Positions 32,462-50,550 of a stretch of 64,000 bases of DNA are shown one piece after another; the first letter of the stretch is position 1; the number at the start of each line of letters is the position of its first letter. This DNA is from the human T2T-CHM13v2.0 reference genome, Homo sapiens: assembly GCF_009914755.1 (NCBI RefSeq), contig NC_060930.1. One strand, 5' to 3'. A program made the position numbers and the translations under genes. The notes below the pieces were generated by a model. That model worked only from the letters and a program-made list of their open reading frames with translations. It was not told the DNA's origin and made no database searches.

Positions 32462-33695
32462 CTGCTCTTCCAGTTTATCTCCTCAAAAAGTACAGGCTCT
32501 GTGTGATTTTATCATTCCCAAGTAAAAACCTTTATGGCCCAAGGACAGAATCTGTCAGTGAGAACAGACTGTGCATCATGTGGAGCAATCCTTTGGCCTC
32601 TTTTGACTTTGCTTTCTCTGTGTAGGCAATAGACAGGATCAGTCAGGAAATTCTAAGAGTTAACTTCCTGAGCTAATTTAACAACAGCAAAAAAGTGTTG
32701 CTGAGAATGATGCATGGATTTCAATTTAAAGACCTGCAAATGCTTTCAATTCTGCACTGTGGTTTTTGTCAAAAAAGCAGAGGCTGCATTTTAATGCGAT
32801 CACATGCCGATACCAGGTCCTGATTTTCCTAAATTGCACTTACTAAATAGAATTCCTTTACCAAAGTACAGACCCACTTTTGCCCCAAGGGGCATACTAT
32901 TCTAGTTCTCCAATGAAACTTGATTCTGTACAGTTCAAGGTTGACCCAAGGCTGTAATAAATCCACCTCTAAACACTTCCATTTATTTATCATAAGATTT
33001 TAAATTATTTTATTCTGTAGATTCTGTTTTAATAGACCAGAATATATATGGCAGTAGAAGTTAATCCACTAGCCTTTTGGCTTACTTATTGTCTATCAAT
33101 TTATTTTGGTTAGTAACATATTTATTACAATGCTCTTGGCTGAGTAAAACATCAAATGAATAGTTTTCCTGAGAGTTGAGAACATGGAAAAGGCTAACAG
33201 CAACTTTTCCACATTTCTCTTCTCCATCTCTTCTACCATTGTCAAAAAAAAATCAGCTTTTAGTTTGGTCTTCTAAATGTGCTTTTCAAAACTCTGAGTA
33301 AACTTAATTTTGGAATCTTTAAAATGCCAACAGTGAGCATTTCCTTATGCACAGCCTTTAGTAGAGCAGCCTAGGTTGTCATGGTGAAATGGGTCAACGC
33401 TGTTTGCCAGGCAGCCTATGAAACTGCAAGCAGGCTACTGGCGTAGTGATAGCAGCACAGGCCAAAGCAGTCCACAATCTATAGCTGAATCTAGGTCACC
33501 AGGATTATGTGATGCTGCAGCTGTCCATGTGGGACTTCCATCTCCAACAGGGCTCACAAAGCCCTCATGCACACTGGGCATCCCCTGTAGCTGTAAACAC
33601 TGCCATTCTGCTAGATCGCCTCCTTCTGCTGGCCATGTGTTAGTCTTTGCATTTCATTGAGGGCTCCTAGCCATGTGAGCTGGAAAACATTCTTC

Positions 33696-33696
33696 G

Positions 33697-33751
<55 letters not shown>
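33696..33751. repeat. (TG)n microsatellite
   Basis: Direct inspection. Confidence 0.95.
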
Positions 33752-33756
<5 letters not shown>

Positions 33757-34274
33757 GATACAGAGAGACAGAAATCTTGCTCTGGAGCCTGCATGCTGAA
33801 ATGTCTCCCATTTAAATACATATTTCTGCAGAGTGAGCTAAATATTAATATCACATTCCTCTGTTAATGTAAACACCAGCAGCAAGATTTGGCAGCTTAT
33901 TTAAAAAAAAGAGGAAGAACTTGGGCTTTTCTCCATACACAACATGTGTATTTTTTTTCCCCTGAGCACCATTTAAGTTAACACCACATCTACAGTGTGT
34001 CTGAAATGGCAGAGATTCAGTGACACTGGCAGGCAGCTGAGATGGCAGAGGGCTTAGGCACCACTGGCCACACGACTGTTTAACAAAGCTCCTATTGCTA
34101 GGAAAGCTCTAAATTATTCTTTCACATCAGAACTTTAAATTACATATTTGTGCTTATTTATTTGACAGGACTTTTAAAATATGCATTTTTAAAATGTACC
34201 TTTTCCTTTTCTATTTAAAAGTGGTGATTGGCATTTTGAATACAGACAAGCAATCTTCCTTAACACTGATTTTC

Positions 34275-34404
34275 TTTTTAAATAAATAGAGGCAGGATCT
34301 CACTATGTTGCCCAGGCTGATCTCAAACTCCTGGGCTTAGGCAGTTCTCTCACCTCAGCCTCCCAAAGTGCTGGAATTACAGGTGTGAGCCACTGCAATC
34401 GGCC
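34275..34404 (-). mobile_element. Alu left monomer (FLAM-like)
   Basis: Single antisense monomer. Confidence 0.85.
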
Positions 34405-35293
34405 AGCATTGATATTTTCATGAGTCCTTTTTTTTTTTTCTGTTGCTTTTCCCATTTGGGGTATATTATTTAACTGGACGGCACACATTTTAGAAATTGT
34501 CTAAATGTGAGTTAGGATTTCCATATTTTCAGGCTAAAAGCTGTATGTACACATATGCACTCATAATATGTCACTTGCTGCTACCTATCCTGCACTGTGT
34601 AAAATCTGTGTAAAAATCTTAAAACAAAGGGTCTTTTCTCAATTTAAGAAAAGGAAAAAATTCTTTCTATCTCTACAATAGTAAGTATGTGAGACAGGAA
34701 GGAAAATTTATATTTATCTACCTCTTTCTTCAAAGAAAAATGTTTAAATAAATGAATAGCAGAAGGAGATATGACATAAAACCCCAAATATCAAGACACT
34801 CACAAAGAGAGAAGGAAGACAATACGTGATGGAATGAGAATCAAGTGAAAGGATTAACTTTGAAAGGAAATAACACTTTGAAAAGAGGGGAAGGAAGCAA
34901 GGATGGTTACAAACCCAAGTAAGTTTGAAAGATGAGGGACAGGAAATCGAGTAAATTTTTGCCTTAGCTAGGTATCTAAGACCATTACTAATGAAAACAG
35001 TGGTTATTTTATTCAGTGTCTGTTATACATTAGGCAGCACATTAAATATTTTCATGTTCTGTTACAATGAGTCCTTCCTGCAACACTGGGAGATCCAACA
35101 TTATGGTCCCCATTTCACACATGAGAAAATGTGTCTGTGTGTGTCTGTGTGTGTGCACGCATGCACATGTGCGCACAAAGGGTTAATAAGTTGACCAGAA
35201 CCTCAACTACAATGGTGGTCAGTGGTGGTTAGATGTAGGTAGTCTCCCTCCAAACCTCATGTTTAACTGCCACAAGGTAGGCACTTTTCCAGC

Positions 35294-36087
35294 TATAATC
35301 ACCCAATGGCTAATTGTTGCCCACTGCACAGATAAAATCAGTTCACTGAGACAGATGTATTGCAGTAGAGAAAGAGTTTAATAATGGCAGGGCTAGTTGA
35401 ATGGAAGGATGGGAATAATTGCTCAAATCAGCCATCCCAAGAACTCAGAGGCTAGAGTTTTATGGATAATTGGGCAGGCAGGGAGCTCAGGGGTGGGTGT
35501 TGCTGATTGGTTGGGAATGACAACATAGGGGTGTGGAAAATGGTTCTTGTGCACTGAACTAGCCTCTGTGTGGGGGCCACAGAACAGGTTGAGTCATGAG
35601 TCATGGGGTCAGTGAGTTGCCAGAATGCAAAAGCCTGAAAAACATCTCAAAAGACCAATCTCAAATTCTACAATAGTGATGTTACCTACAGGAGAATTTG
35701 CGGAAGCCACAAATCTTGTGCCTCTGGCCACCTGACCCCGGAGCAGGAAGGGATTATAGAAAAGCCAACTGGAGATCAATGTCTGTTTATCATTTACTAC
35801 ACCTACATTTTAGCAGAATCCAGGCCTCTCCCATAATCCTAATCTTGTGGCCTTTCATTAGTCTTACAAAGGCAGTTTCAGCTCCTGAACAAGGAAGGGG
35901 TCAGTTTTAGGGAGAGACTCTTATCATTCTTGTTTCAAAGTTAATCTATAAATCAAATGACTCCCATGGTTAGCTGGGCCTATGCCCAAGAGTGAGTGAG
36001 GGTAGCCAGCCTGCGAGGCTAGAAGCAAGATGGAGTCAGCCATGCTAGATTTCTCTCACTGTCATCATCTTTGCAAAGTTGGTTTCA
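35294..36087 (-). mobile_element. ERV1 solo LTR (LTR8A-like)
   Basis: Ends gcaagatggagtcagccatgctagatttctctcactgtcat...tttgcaaag..gtttca; 4-bp TSD cagc at 35290-35293 and 36088-36091. Confidence 0.85.
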
Positions 36088-36789
36088 CAGCCACATGCCC
36101 TTCATGTGGTATTTCAAACAAGGAACATATATTCGTATCGCCATCCCATCACTTCCTATCAAGAGCTATACGCTCCCTGCTTCCTCCTTGAACACTATTT
36201 ATGAATTCAAAACCCAGGTGAGACTCCAGCTACACATAGAAGCCCATTCCTCATGTGCTCTGCTTCCTCTGCTTCCTGGAGCATAACTTGCTATGCATTC
36301 ATATGGCACTGCCTGCTGATGACTGGGCATTATCCTGAATGATCTCCCTGGAGATATGCCCTGTATCCGTATCCAGTGGAAAAGTGTCTTGAGGTCAGGA
36401 GCTACATCATGCACTTCTTCCACAGCATCTATTGCTGGTCTATCCTGTGAGGGCACTTAAGAAACATTATTTGACTACAGCTTCCAAAAATAAGTTTTAG
36501 TATAGACGCTGTAAATAAACAAGTTCTATAAAAACACCTCAATCATAATCTGGGATGTGTGGTTTCAGCTTTGACCTTCCTTGCCTCTTAGAAGAAGACT
36601 CTACATGGATGTGGTGCCCAAGGGCGATCATACAAGGAGCAGTGGGCAGCAAATCCAGTGGCCTGAGTTTGAGTTTTGAACTGCCTTGCATTCGCTATTC
36701 AGGTATCCCTCTGTTCCCCTGGCAAGCTCATTTCCAATGCTCAGCAGTTTCTCAATTAGACAATTTGTTCTGTGGAAATGCAAAGTTTT

Positions 36790-36990
36790 AGAGTCAGACA
36801 GTTAACAACTGAGGAACCTTGAGCAAATTAATCAGTCTCTCTGAGCCTCAGTTTCTTATTTACAAAGGAATGATAATGATTCTTACCTCAGAATCTCTAT
36901 GACAGCCTCATGTGGTGTAGTAAAGATTAAAAGAAGCGAAGAAGCAATCAATATATGTAAGGTGCCTGACACAGCAGATATTCAATATAT
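36790..36990 (+). mobile_element. MIR
   Basis: ccttgagcaaatta...tctctgagcctcagtttctt. Confidence 0.75.
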
Positions 36991-37869
36991 ATTAATGTCC
37001 CTTTCTCTCGTTTATTCCTGTAAAAAAAAACAAAAAAACAAACAACAACAACAAAAAAACTGCAGTCACCTAATAGATAAGGTACTGGCCTCCTTAAATT
37101 AAAAAAAGGAACAAATTTCTCTGTATAGCCATTCCAAAAAGGTTACAACTATATTGATATTTAATGTATAATTAAAGATTTGCTATTTACAAAGGGCTTT
37201 TACAAGTCTTAGCATTAATCCTCAGAAAAAGTTCCATAAAGTAATCCGAGCAAGGATTATTATCCTATTTATTTTACAAGAGAAAAATGAAACAACATTT
37301 TGAGTGCCCTCGAACAAATTATACAAACTTACTCAACTACTAAGTTACAAAGCTTTGTCTTAAACCTAGAGAATTAAGATATTTCTGGGAAAGTAGCAGA
37401 AAGTGCCCAGACTGGGCTGTAGTGCACATGACTGTTGTAAAAAACATAGCACAGGACATTCAGTATGCACTCCCTGAGCCATCACAGCAAAGGATTTTGC
37501 TTCTTTTCTCCCCCAACCATCCTCAGGTTATGCTCCCTTCTAGGGACATTCTCAGCATAGAAGAGAAAAGTATCCCCTTCCCATTTCCAAGAAGTGTTAC
37601 GAACAGGGTGACATCTATCCACTTCTCTTCCACCTAAGAAAAGAGGCATGGCCAAAAGTCTGGGAGGCGCTGTGCACATCGTATTGGTATGATGCAAATG
37701 ATTTCAGCTTGAGGTGCCTCCATTTTCAGCTGCAGTGTAGAGTCAATTTAATTGTGTCTTTTTTGTGATAGATAATTCATGAAACTGGTAGAGATATGGT
37801 TTAGGCTGGCAAAGGTGCTAGATAATCTCAACATAATAATCAGAAATGATCCTCTGGAAACTAAATTTA

Positions 37870-39680
<1,811 letters not shown>

Positions 39681-41490
39681 TTGATTTATATATTTGGTTG
39701 ATTTTTTTCAAAAACCGACCTTGGTCAAACTTCCATAAGTAATCTTTTTCTCTCACTTTATAAAAATGTATGCAAATACATGTCTAGAACAGAGATTAGT
39801 CTGCATGAGGGTATAGATTCTACTGAGCTCCCCTCTTGATGTTCCAAGTACTTGTCTCCCCAGAACGTCAGTTCTGATATTCTTAAGATGGTGAGTAGTG
39901 AAAGAGGGTAATATTTCTAAAACTACTAACTGAATTAGATGATGACTATGCCCACAAATAAACAAAGTTCCAAAGGCTTTTAAAAAAATATTTTATTATG
40001 GAAAATTACAAACATATGCAAGAAGAGAGTATAGTATAATAAATTTTTATGTACCCGTCATGTAGCTTCAAGAGTCATCACTGTATGTTTATCTACATCC
40101 CTATACACCCCTCTCCCTGCCTCCCATTGAATTATTTTAAAGCAAATCCCGGGGGGTCATATCATTTCATCTGTAAATGCAAGAAGCTCTGAAATTGGAT
40201 TCATTTGCTCGCACTGTGTCCTCTGCCTGAAATGTTTATCTCTTGCTCTTTATATGGCTGGTTCCTTCTCATCTTTCAGGTGCGACCTTTTCAGAAAGAT
40301 CTTCCCTGGTCTCCCTATCTAAAATAGCTCACCTTCTACCTGAGTCCAGCTACATTTTGTCCTGGTAATCTGGACCCTGGGCTTTCATATCATTTTCCAC
40401 AATTTGTAATTATTAGTTACTGGTTTTTCTCTGTCTTCTCAACTATACTCTAACTGCCACTGACATAGTACTATCACAGTGTCTGGAAGGTGATTAATAA
40501 ATGATAGCTCCTCATTAATGAATCATCTGAACAATTAGCTTTTCAGAGGTCAACAATGAACATTTCTCCTCTATGTCGTGATGTTCGGGATAACCACCAA
40601 ACATAAGTTGGTATTGCTTTTCCAGAATTTTCTAAAACCTTATCCCAAGGTATCAAGTAACCAATAGAAGTAGTACTTCTTTTGTATGTTTTTGTAAGAA
40701 TTACAGAATGTTATAAGTGAAAGAGGCTTGAGAAATAACCTACATTCATAGGTCTGTTGGCTTTTAAAATGAAAAGAATCCTTAGAAAACATTTTGTTGA
40801 ACTGATAACAGATAAGAAAACTTTATAACCCATACCTAATGTTGCAGAATTTGTGATTTACAAATGGCCATAATCTGAAAACTTCATCTAGAAAAATAGT
40901 CCATTTACTTGAGTGAGAATTGAACCTCATATAATATCAGAAAAGTAACTCAACTTTATGCTATCTATATATATAGTATACTCAGTTAAGCCATTTATTT
41001 GACAAATATTTATTTCCAACCCATTATGTTCCAAAAACCATTCTTGCAGCTGTATCAGTGAACATAACAATAAAGCTTACATTCTAGCCTATGTGTCAAT
41101 ATCGTAAAAGTACATCCTCTTGAATTTGCTACAGGATCATCGTAAGGTAATTTAGAAGAAAACACTTTTTATTATGTACTCAATAAAGGCAGAAAACAAC
41201 ATTTCCTTGTTGAGCTTATATTACCAAAATTCCAATGTCATTATTCAGCTTCTTCACTTTCTAAACTCTGATGAATGAGCCCCCACCACACCATAACGTT
41301 GCAGTAAGCTGGTGGCTGGGATTGGCGAGAACATTTTACCCCAGGAGCTTCCCTCCTGTGTACTCACTGATGTACAAACTGACTGCAGGAGCCCAAACCT
41401 TGTATAACAACCCTGGGATGGAATAAGATGCACTGTTGGGTCCAGAAGTGCCCCAAACACCTAATACATACACACTTGAGTTTCAGGTGA

Positions 41491-41859
<369 letters not shown>

Positions 41860-43362
41860 TGATTCATAAAGAAAGCTAGGCTCCATCACATTTTCTCCAC
41901 AAACTTATGTAAACTATTCTATCCTCTTTCCTCACAATTCATTCACTCTTGTCAGAGCGCTATTCCCAAGGTGTAGTTTGGGAAATATGGGTGTCACGCT
42001 GACACTTCCTTCTACATTGGAGATAGAGTCAGAGGCAACCTCAGAAGTGAAGGGGCAGCAGCTAAGGAGGTGGGGACAAGCAGCAAGAGGGAAGGTAGGA
42101 TTGGAGCAGGAGTGGAGCAGGTGCAAGAGTCCCTCCTTTCATCGCAGCCTGATGTCATTCCTCTGATCTCTGTCTCTCCAGGGTTCTCTTCTACCTCCAC
42201 TATATGCAAGGGAGTTTTCCTAATTCCCTGATAAAAATTATTCTGATTCTCTGGATATTTGCTTGGCTCTCTAGTGACGTTTCTGGGAACTCTAGCTAGA
42301 CTTGCTGCTTTACCTGCAGTCCAGGAGGTATCCACTCTGTGTGATCACAACTCAACAGAATAGGAAAGCAAGTCTAATAAGTGTGAGATTTTGAAACAAT
42401 CAAGCTACAATAATTTTATGTTACCCCTCTAGAAAAGAAAATAATACTCACTGCATTTTTAGAATTAAAAAATAATGCAAATGTCTTAGTTTAACAGCTC
42501 AGATCTCAGTTGCCAAGTAACAAAACCCACAAGTTCTCTGTATTTTCCATGAGCTTTCAAAGTTTGTTTCTGGCATACCTCAGGGCAAGGAGGAACTTGT
42601 TGCTAAATATATTGCGTGTTCTCCCACAAGAAATTTGGGGACTTCTCAGAAAAACCTGGGAGGTAGAAGGGGTGATTGAAAAGTCACCACTAGCTTCTCC
42701 TTCTGAGCCGTTAAATCTTTTACTAATGAAAGACAAAGACTAATTGTTCCTCTCCAGGATGAAAGTTGCTTTGAGAAGCCAGAGGCATTTCTGAAAAGAT
42801 GCAGCATTACCCTGGTGAGTTCAAGAAAGGGCATGCTGGAGAACAAGACCAAGATTCTATCTTCCTTGTAGTTTTCAAACACTCCTAAACCTGCAAAATT
42901 ATATTCAGTGCACAGAACTAGATGACCAACCCTATGTCTTGTCTCTCTGTCCCATACTCTTGGTGAAAATCAACATTGGCCTCCTCTAAATTCTTGTATA
43001 CCTTATTCTCAATATAAGCTCTGGGTACTCATCACATGCTTCTCTGCCACTGGTGAACGCTGTGCACTTGTGATACCCCTAACTAGATCACAAGCTTCCA
43101 GAAGGCAGACACTTCTTATATTTCTGGTTTAATCCCCCACTGGCCTAGGAAAAATGCTCTATACATAACTTCTAAATAAAAAATTAATTAAGTAACTAAA
43201 TATACCATATATGCCTAAGCTAAGGGAACATAAATATTATATGCCCCAAGTTCCCTGTTTCTTTCCCTAAATAACGAACACACACACACACACCTATAGA
43301 TACTAACAGGAAAGCCTATTCTTTATTTCCATTAGCTTCCATTTCTAACTTTATTTGGCCTA

Positions 43363-43959
<597 letters not shown>

Positions 43960-45062
43960 TCACAGTGTTCCCAGGCTTTCTCCCTATTTCTTGTTTTCTG
44001 GGCTCCTTTGCAGGTTCCTGCTGTGTCCCATCCCTTAGCCATTTGCACTCCTCAGCATTGTGCCCATGTTCCTGCCTCAGCAATCACCCCAAATCATACC
44101 ATCCATTACCATCTACACGATGGTGACTGCCAATTTTCTGTCATTAGACTCGCACTCTCCTCTGAGTGCTAGGCCCACAGAACCAATTGCCTACTGGACT
44201 TCTGCATATAGTGTCCCATAGACACCTCGAACCCTACATGATGCAAACCCGAATCATCTTCCTCTCCAAATGTACTCTCAGGCCTGTGTTCCTGATCTTT
44301 GAAAATGAGATTATCATCAAGCCAATTACCTAAAGCAGACACTGTCCCCTTGACCTGGCCGACCACCAGTTATCAATGGCTGTCGGCTCTACCTCTCCCA
44401 TATATCCCTTTATCTCTATGATCACCAGCCTAGTTAGGCACCAGTGTCTCTCACCATATTACTGCAGTCCTATTCTAACGGGTCTCTCTACAGATGTATG
44501 GGCTTAACCCCTTCAGGTCATGTAATGCTGAGGTCAGAGTGATCATTCTAAAATATAAATTTGATCAATTCCTTAACTTGGCTTACAAACTTTTATGCAA
44601 CCTCATTCAGCCCCAACACTAGCCTTCTTTCTATCCCAGCTAAATGTCTTTCCTACATCAAATGTGCCACACTGTCTCTTATTTTTGAGTCTTGGCTCAT
44701 GTTGCTGCGTTGGCCTATCACACTCTTTCTGACCCCACCCCAGCTTTGTCTTAACTTATGCTTATTCTTCATTTTAGTCTCTGCCTCTTCCAAGAAGCCC
44801 TTTCCAGCCCCCCAGGTACAGGTTAGGTATTAGGTACCTACTTGGTGTTCCCAGAGCATGTGTATTTCTCTCTTTGATAGCATTCACCAAATCATTTGCT
44901 GGATTATCCTTGGCTATTTTTTTGTTCCGACTCTCCCATTAGCCACTCCCATGAGGACATAGATTCTATCTGTTTTGTTCAAAGTTTAATCCCCAGCAGC
45001 TGGCCCAATACCTAGAACATAGTATACATTCAGAAAATATTTGCTGATGAGAGTCTTGAATA
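43960..45062 (+). mobile_element. L2 3' region, degenerate
   Basis: ccaattgcctactggac; cagagtgatcattctaaaa; tcttccaagaagcc; aaatatttgctga. Confidence 0.75.
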
Positions 45063-45682
45063 ATACATCACATGAAATCACTTTCCCAAAGTGAGTGGGA
45101 TATTCTAAAGAGAAAAATATTTCTTACCTTGTATTTAAATCCAGATGTGGGTTTTCCCCTTTCTCAGCCTTATTGGTTGTTTTAGCTATCAAGCAAAGAT
45201 GATTTCTTTACTAAGTGAGGTAGAGGCAGGGAAAGTACAGCAGAGACAGAGACAAACAGTTCCAGTGTCCAGTGAGAGCAGACTTCCCTTTCTCACCAGG
45301 TTCACACAGCATGGGGGCCTAGAAGCCTCTATGATGATTCCTCTGGAACTGCTATTTTCTTTGATTTATGAGTGGTTTGAGATGGAGCCAATAATAATGT
45401 ACATTCCAAACTTCTGGTACACTCTGGAAGGTTGCAGATAGATTTTCTATGCACATTAAATACATAATAATGATGGTCATTCAGACTTCATACTTGGCAG
45501 ATTGTACATTGAAGAGGACCTGTTTCTTATTTGGCTGTTCAAATCACCTGGAATGGCCATTAAATTCAAAGGGATTCTGTGTTTGACTCTCTCCAAGTAG
45601 ATTCTGAGTAAGATAAGAAAAAGAGTGGTCTATTCAGTGGTTAGTAAACTCCTTAATCTGTGCATTTCAAAATTAAAGACCC

Positions 45683-45966
45683 ATCTGTAATCCTACCACT
45701 TTGAGAGGCCAAGGCAGGGGGAAATATCTTGAGGCCAGGAGTTTGAGGCCAGCCTGGGCCACATAGCAAGATCCCATCTCTACAAAAATAAATAAATAAA
45801 AAATTAGACAGTGTGGTGGGCCTGTAGTCCCAGCTACTCAAAAGGCTGAGTCAAGAAGATCACCTGTGTTCCACGGCTGAACCCTGGAGTTTAAGTTTAT
45901 AGTGAGCTATGATCGTGACATTATACTCCAGCCTGGGTGATAGAGCTTGTCTCAAAAAAAAAAAAA
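45683..45966 (+). mobile_element. AluJ-like, 5'-truncated
   Basis: gaggccaggagtttgag...gtgagctatgatcg...poly-A. Confidence 0.88.
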
Positions 45967-46792
45967 AGTTAAAGGCCAAAGTACAAAGAAACCCACCATC
46001 TTACTCAGAATAGATTAAGGAGAATGTTTTCAAGGAGGTGATTAAAACTAAAGGTCTCAGCTAGCAAAGCCCGTAGAAACTGTTAATTCCTTTCTGAGAA
46101 AAGAAACTGCCTAAATTAAATAATCACTCCACCAAAAGGCATTTAAAGGTCACTTTTAGCAGACTCCTCTTGTCAGGAACATCAGTGCCAATTATTTCTG
46201 GTGTGCTAGGGATACTAGTTACCTTGTAAGAACGAAAAACAAAACAAAACAAAAAATGAGCAAACAAAACAATTGTTTTGTCATATTTCTGGAGAGAGCG
46301 TATCTTAAATCCAGCAAACAGACCCTAGAAAAACAGGAAAAATCAGCCTTTTCAGCACTGAACTTATGAACCTAACCATGAAGCACGACTCAGACTGGGC
46401 CTTATTTAGAGTTATCTGGGTCTTGGGCGTTCTGATTCCTCCAACAGCTAGGTGCAGATGTGGTATGGTCAAACGCAAGATTCAAGTCAGGAGGCTCAAA
46501 TTCAAATCTAAGCTTTTACACATAACTCAGGCATGTTACCAAATGTCTCAGAATTTAAGAACCTTCCTATTCGACAGGAAGATAGTGATATGTACAATGC
46601 CAGGCTATAGTGGCACTGAAACGAGGTAATGTATCTAATCTTTTAGATTAATCTTTTAGATTAGCTTATTAAAGGGTCTATACAGTGTGTGAACAGTAAA
46701 TACTAGGTAAGAAATGAGCTGTGTGCACTTGGCCAACTCACTCCATTTCTCTGGATTTCAGTTTCCTCATCTGTAAAATGGGAAATAATTAA

Positions 46793-47302
<510 letters not shown>

Positions 47303-48137
47303 TAAAAGCAATTCTTAATATACTGTTCCATAAATTTTAACTTTTGTAAAACAAATACATATTTCTTAGTTAACTACTGTTTAAGCCCTCGATTCATACC
47401 TTAATTAATTAATCAAGCCCTAATTAATCCTGAAGCTAGGCTCCCTCCAGGGGGTTAGTCCTGGTGTTTTCCTAGGCCTGCTGAGAAGAGAAATGGACAG
47501 TGACCCTGTGATCAGATGAAATTCCAAAGACAGTCTCCACTGGACTCACACTCAAGCTCCCTGCCTCCATCTCTAGAGAACTGCAAGTAAATTACTTCCC
47601 AGAGCTTTGGGAGCCTCAGCGAACAACATATGGATTAGAGAAATGGGTTAGTCTGTCTCCTGGCCTCTCTTCTAGGAGAGAAGACAATCTGCTATAGAAG
47701 TACCAAATATGAAGGTTTCACATCTACTTCGCATCTTTTTGAGTTGCTTTTAGCAGCAACCTGGAAAGCTCCTTCACTTATGCCCAATACTGCAAAATGT
47801 TGGGCTTGTGAATTTAGAAACACTGTCAACACTTTGCTGCAGGTTGATATTAATTGATATTAAATCACCACGGAATATCTGTAGAAATGCACTAGATGCC
47901 GAAGGCTTTCTGACTGAGGAAAGGTAAGCACAATGAAATAATTAGATATGATTTGCCATTTCTTTACAAATGTTGCTACATACTCAATTCAGCAGCATGT
48001 GGTTTCTCACTTTCATTATTAGCTTGCTTGTATTCATTGTGTCTAGCTCTCTGGAAGTGGTTTTTTAAGTCCTTGAAAATCAAATAATGCAGTATTAAAA
48101 ATCAATTTACTAGGTTAATCATAATGCTTTTCTCATT

Positions 48138-48272
48138 ATGGTGTGCACATGTAATACCAGCTATTCGGATGGCTGAGATAGGAGGAGCACTTGAGACCAG
48201 GAGTGCAAGATCAGCCGGGGCAACACAGCAAAACCCAGTCTCTAAAAAAAACTAAAATAAAAATAAAATAAA
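48138..48272 (+). mobile_element. Alu monomer (FLAM-like), 5'-truncated
   Basis: TSD ataatgcttttctca/ataacgcttttctca. Confidence 0.85.
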
Positions 48273-48487
48273 TAACGCTTTTCTCAGCACTACCAATTCA
48301 ACTGAAATGTGGCTCTGTAACAATACTGAGAGAATGCAGGACTTTCAAACATCTTTAGGGAAGAAAGTGGGTACCCTGGATTTAGACATGGAGTTACCAC
48401 TAGATATTTGAGGAATATATGTAAATTCCAAAGTTATTTAAAATGCTTCTCTACCCAACAAAGTTGGGATCATGGGGAAGATATATG

Positions 48488-48800
48488 TGCTGCTTACCAA
48501 TATTTCTAGCTTCCCTCTTTTAGGACAAGGGAATATTATACTGTCTACAACCTTCGAATTATTAACAGATGTAGCCATGTGACTTCTTTTGGCCACCAGA
48601 AGGAAGTGTTTCATTTCTAACATTCTCCTGACCTGCCTGGCTAGCAGGGATGCACACACAGCAGAGCCATCACATGAGTGAGGGATGCCCTTGAGAATCA
48701 CTCAGCCATTTAGCAGACTTTGCATGAGCAAGAGAGAAACTCTGTCACTTTACAACAGATTTATTTGCTTCCATAGCATGGCCTAGCCTTTCTCATCAGT
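48488..48800 (+). mobile_element. Old MLT1-type LTR
   Basis: gccatgtgacttctttggcca...gaagtg; gcagactttgcatgagcaagag. Confidence 0.6.
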
Positions 48801-50550
48801 ACAGAGTCCACCAAGCCCTACCATAGCAAGCTTCTTTGGGTCCCTAAGCATGTCCTCAGTATTGTCCATTCACTCTTCTCACTACTCATTCTGTTCTCCT
48901 GCCTCCCTTTCATAAGGACCCTGATGTATACATTGGGCCTACCAGGATAACATACCCCATCTCAAGGTCCTTAACTTAATTGCATCTGCAAACATCCTTC
49001 TGCCATATAAAATAACACTCTCAGCTGGTGTCTTTTAATCATCTTATCTCACCTTGCTCCTCTACCATTCCACACGCCTTCTCACCCTTGGCTAACACAG
49101 TGTCTTAAACATACATCCCTGCTGAATAAATGAATGCTTAGTTCAAAATGTATACCATATCAGAATCTCTGCTTTATCAAAAGCCCAAACAATATGGTTA
49201 ATAAAGCTACACACACACAAACATACACACAAAGAAAAAGCTAATGCACCTCATAAAACAAAACTAGGTAAGAAAGTTGCTCAATCCAGGCTATCAAAAT
49301 TAATGGGAAAAGGAAGTAAACGATCCTCTCATACTGACACTCAGTAGTAAGTCCTTAAGAAATATTAAAAAATGCATCAAGTCTACGATTCTTTGCAGAA
49401 ACACATATATTGTATATACTTATACCAGTAGTGAATACATATGCATGGAATCAAATCACCAATAGCTCAGCAGAACCTAAGCCATATGTCTTCTTGCAGA
49501 GAGTTGCTTATTAGCTGTCTTTCATTCTTTCCATATTAGACAATTCGAGAAAGGTAGAGACAGTTATTTCATTCTTCTCAGTTCTATTTCTGCTTTCTTA
49601 GTGTCTTCATATTCATCAATTCACAAGGGCCCTGAGGTGAGAAAACAGAACAAAAATCTCTCTTTAAACATGTGATCTCTCAAATCTGCCAAACTTGGTG
49701 ACTTCATGATAATTGTTTCAACCACTTTCTTCTGCTGACCCAATACTTAATACGTCATAAGATTGAAGACATTCTCTTTTATCTGCTGTTCAATTTGCTT
49801 GCTCTCCAGCCATTTACCTATAGTTTTCATCATTTTTTCAGAAGTACAACCTTGACAATTCTGGGATCTTCCAATGGTGAGTTTAAACTAACTTGAGCAA
49901 CTGTCTATGGGGCTTCTAATTATCCCATGAATGAATCCAATAATTGAGTTGAAAATAAATTTCAACCACAACAATACAGTTTTAGCTCGAGGCAGGTTCT
50001 GAAGTAGAAACTAAAAATATGAGACTAAAGTATTATTTTAAGGGGCTATTACAGGGAGAAAATGGTAAAATTTTTTTGCCTCTGTCAAGAACTACATGGG
50101 GGTTAGCAGCCACATAGTGGCCTGAGGCCTCGGAGGGGATGGCCTCTTTGGCTGTGGCTGTGAACTAGGATCAGCTGAGCCACAACAGTGAATCCCACAA
50201 CATTCTCTGACACCCCGGACTAACCCCCTGCTCCTACAGACTTTCTGCCCTTGAACTTCACAGCTGCTCTCATCTCCTTTCCAGGTTTGTCAATTCTAGG
50301 TTTTCAGCTCACTTTATTCCCTAGCTTAGTTTCTGTTTCTTTGTTCATAAAATAATGTTACAAGAATGAATAAGGTAAATATGTAAAACATGAGCATAAT
50401 ACCAGTATACTAGATCACACAAAAAAAATGTTACTTGGTTCATTCATTCATGTAATCACTTAATGTACAAGTAAGTCTTTCCACTAGGTGTGGGAGATAT
50501 TATGACCAAAAAGTCACAGTGCTTATCCACAATTATTCCACACTACAGAG

